A DNA stretch of 63,823 bases, the filler included, from Choristocarpus tenellus KU-1152 (taxonomy: Eukaryota > Protista > Phaeophyceae), in assembly GCA_964200185.2 (NCBI GenBank). It is 8 parts of 8 records of this genome, joined end to end, with 100 filler letters (N's around TTAATTAATTAA, not from the genome) between each part and the next. Parts side by side here need not be neighbours in the genome. Positions count along the whole stretch, not along the records: positions 59,869 to 63,823 come from CAXNAD020016952.1; 7 more parts are not named here. One strand, written 5' to 3'. The position numbers and the translations under genes are program-made. Below the pieces are notes generated by a model, which saw only the letters and a program-made list of their open reading frames with translations, ran no database searches and was not told where the DNA came from. Shown piece by piece: positions 63,790 through 63,823 of this stretch (the stretch's first letter is position 1; each line of letters begins with the position of its first letter).

Positions 63790-63823
63790 GGCTCAACATA
63801 TCTGTGGGTGGGGGGGGGGGGGG
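63790..63823. mobile_element. Probable MITE family B terminus
   Basis: ggctcaacatatctg followed by poly-G at the window end. Confidence 0.55.

Overview
This window is eukaryotic nuclear DNA, intron-rich and repeat-rich. It consists of eight unrelated contigs joined by seven artificial 100-nt linkers (N44-TTAATTAATTAA-N44), so synteny across linkers is meaningless. The retroelement peptides resemble brown-algal elements as I recall them, so an ochrophyte or brown-algal source is likely (inference). Host genes reconstructed by hand: a TcdA/Tcd1-like ThiF protein, a PTPMT1-like phosphatase, a complete 5-exon SLC25 carrier, an LRRC45-like gene, an intronless BTB-TLDc-BTB gene with an in-frame stop, and several hypothetical multi-exon genes. 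Mobile DNA includes two related MITE families, RTE- and CRE-type LINE relics, a gypsy integrase relic, an IS630/Tc1-like relic and a short retroposed 3' tail family. Two signals stand out. (1) Contig 3 carries a CpG-rich, decayed spliced gene that appears to fuse a PHD-like finger, a degenerate beta-class N4/N6 DNA amino-methyltransferase fold and a SET-like domain. (2) An LTR is followed by a 52-53 nt copy of mature tRNA-Ser(GCT), running from CCA to the anticodon, with a short direct repeat on each side; it looks like an integrated, over-extended plus-strand strong-stop cDNA. All homology calls come from motif recognition, not database searches.
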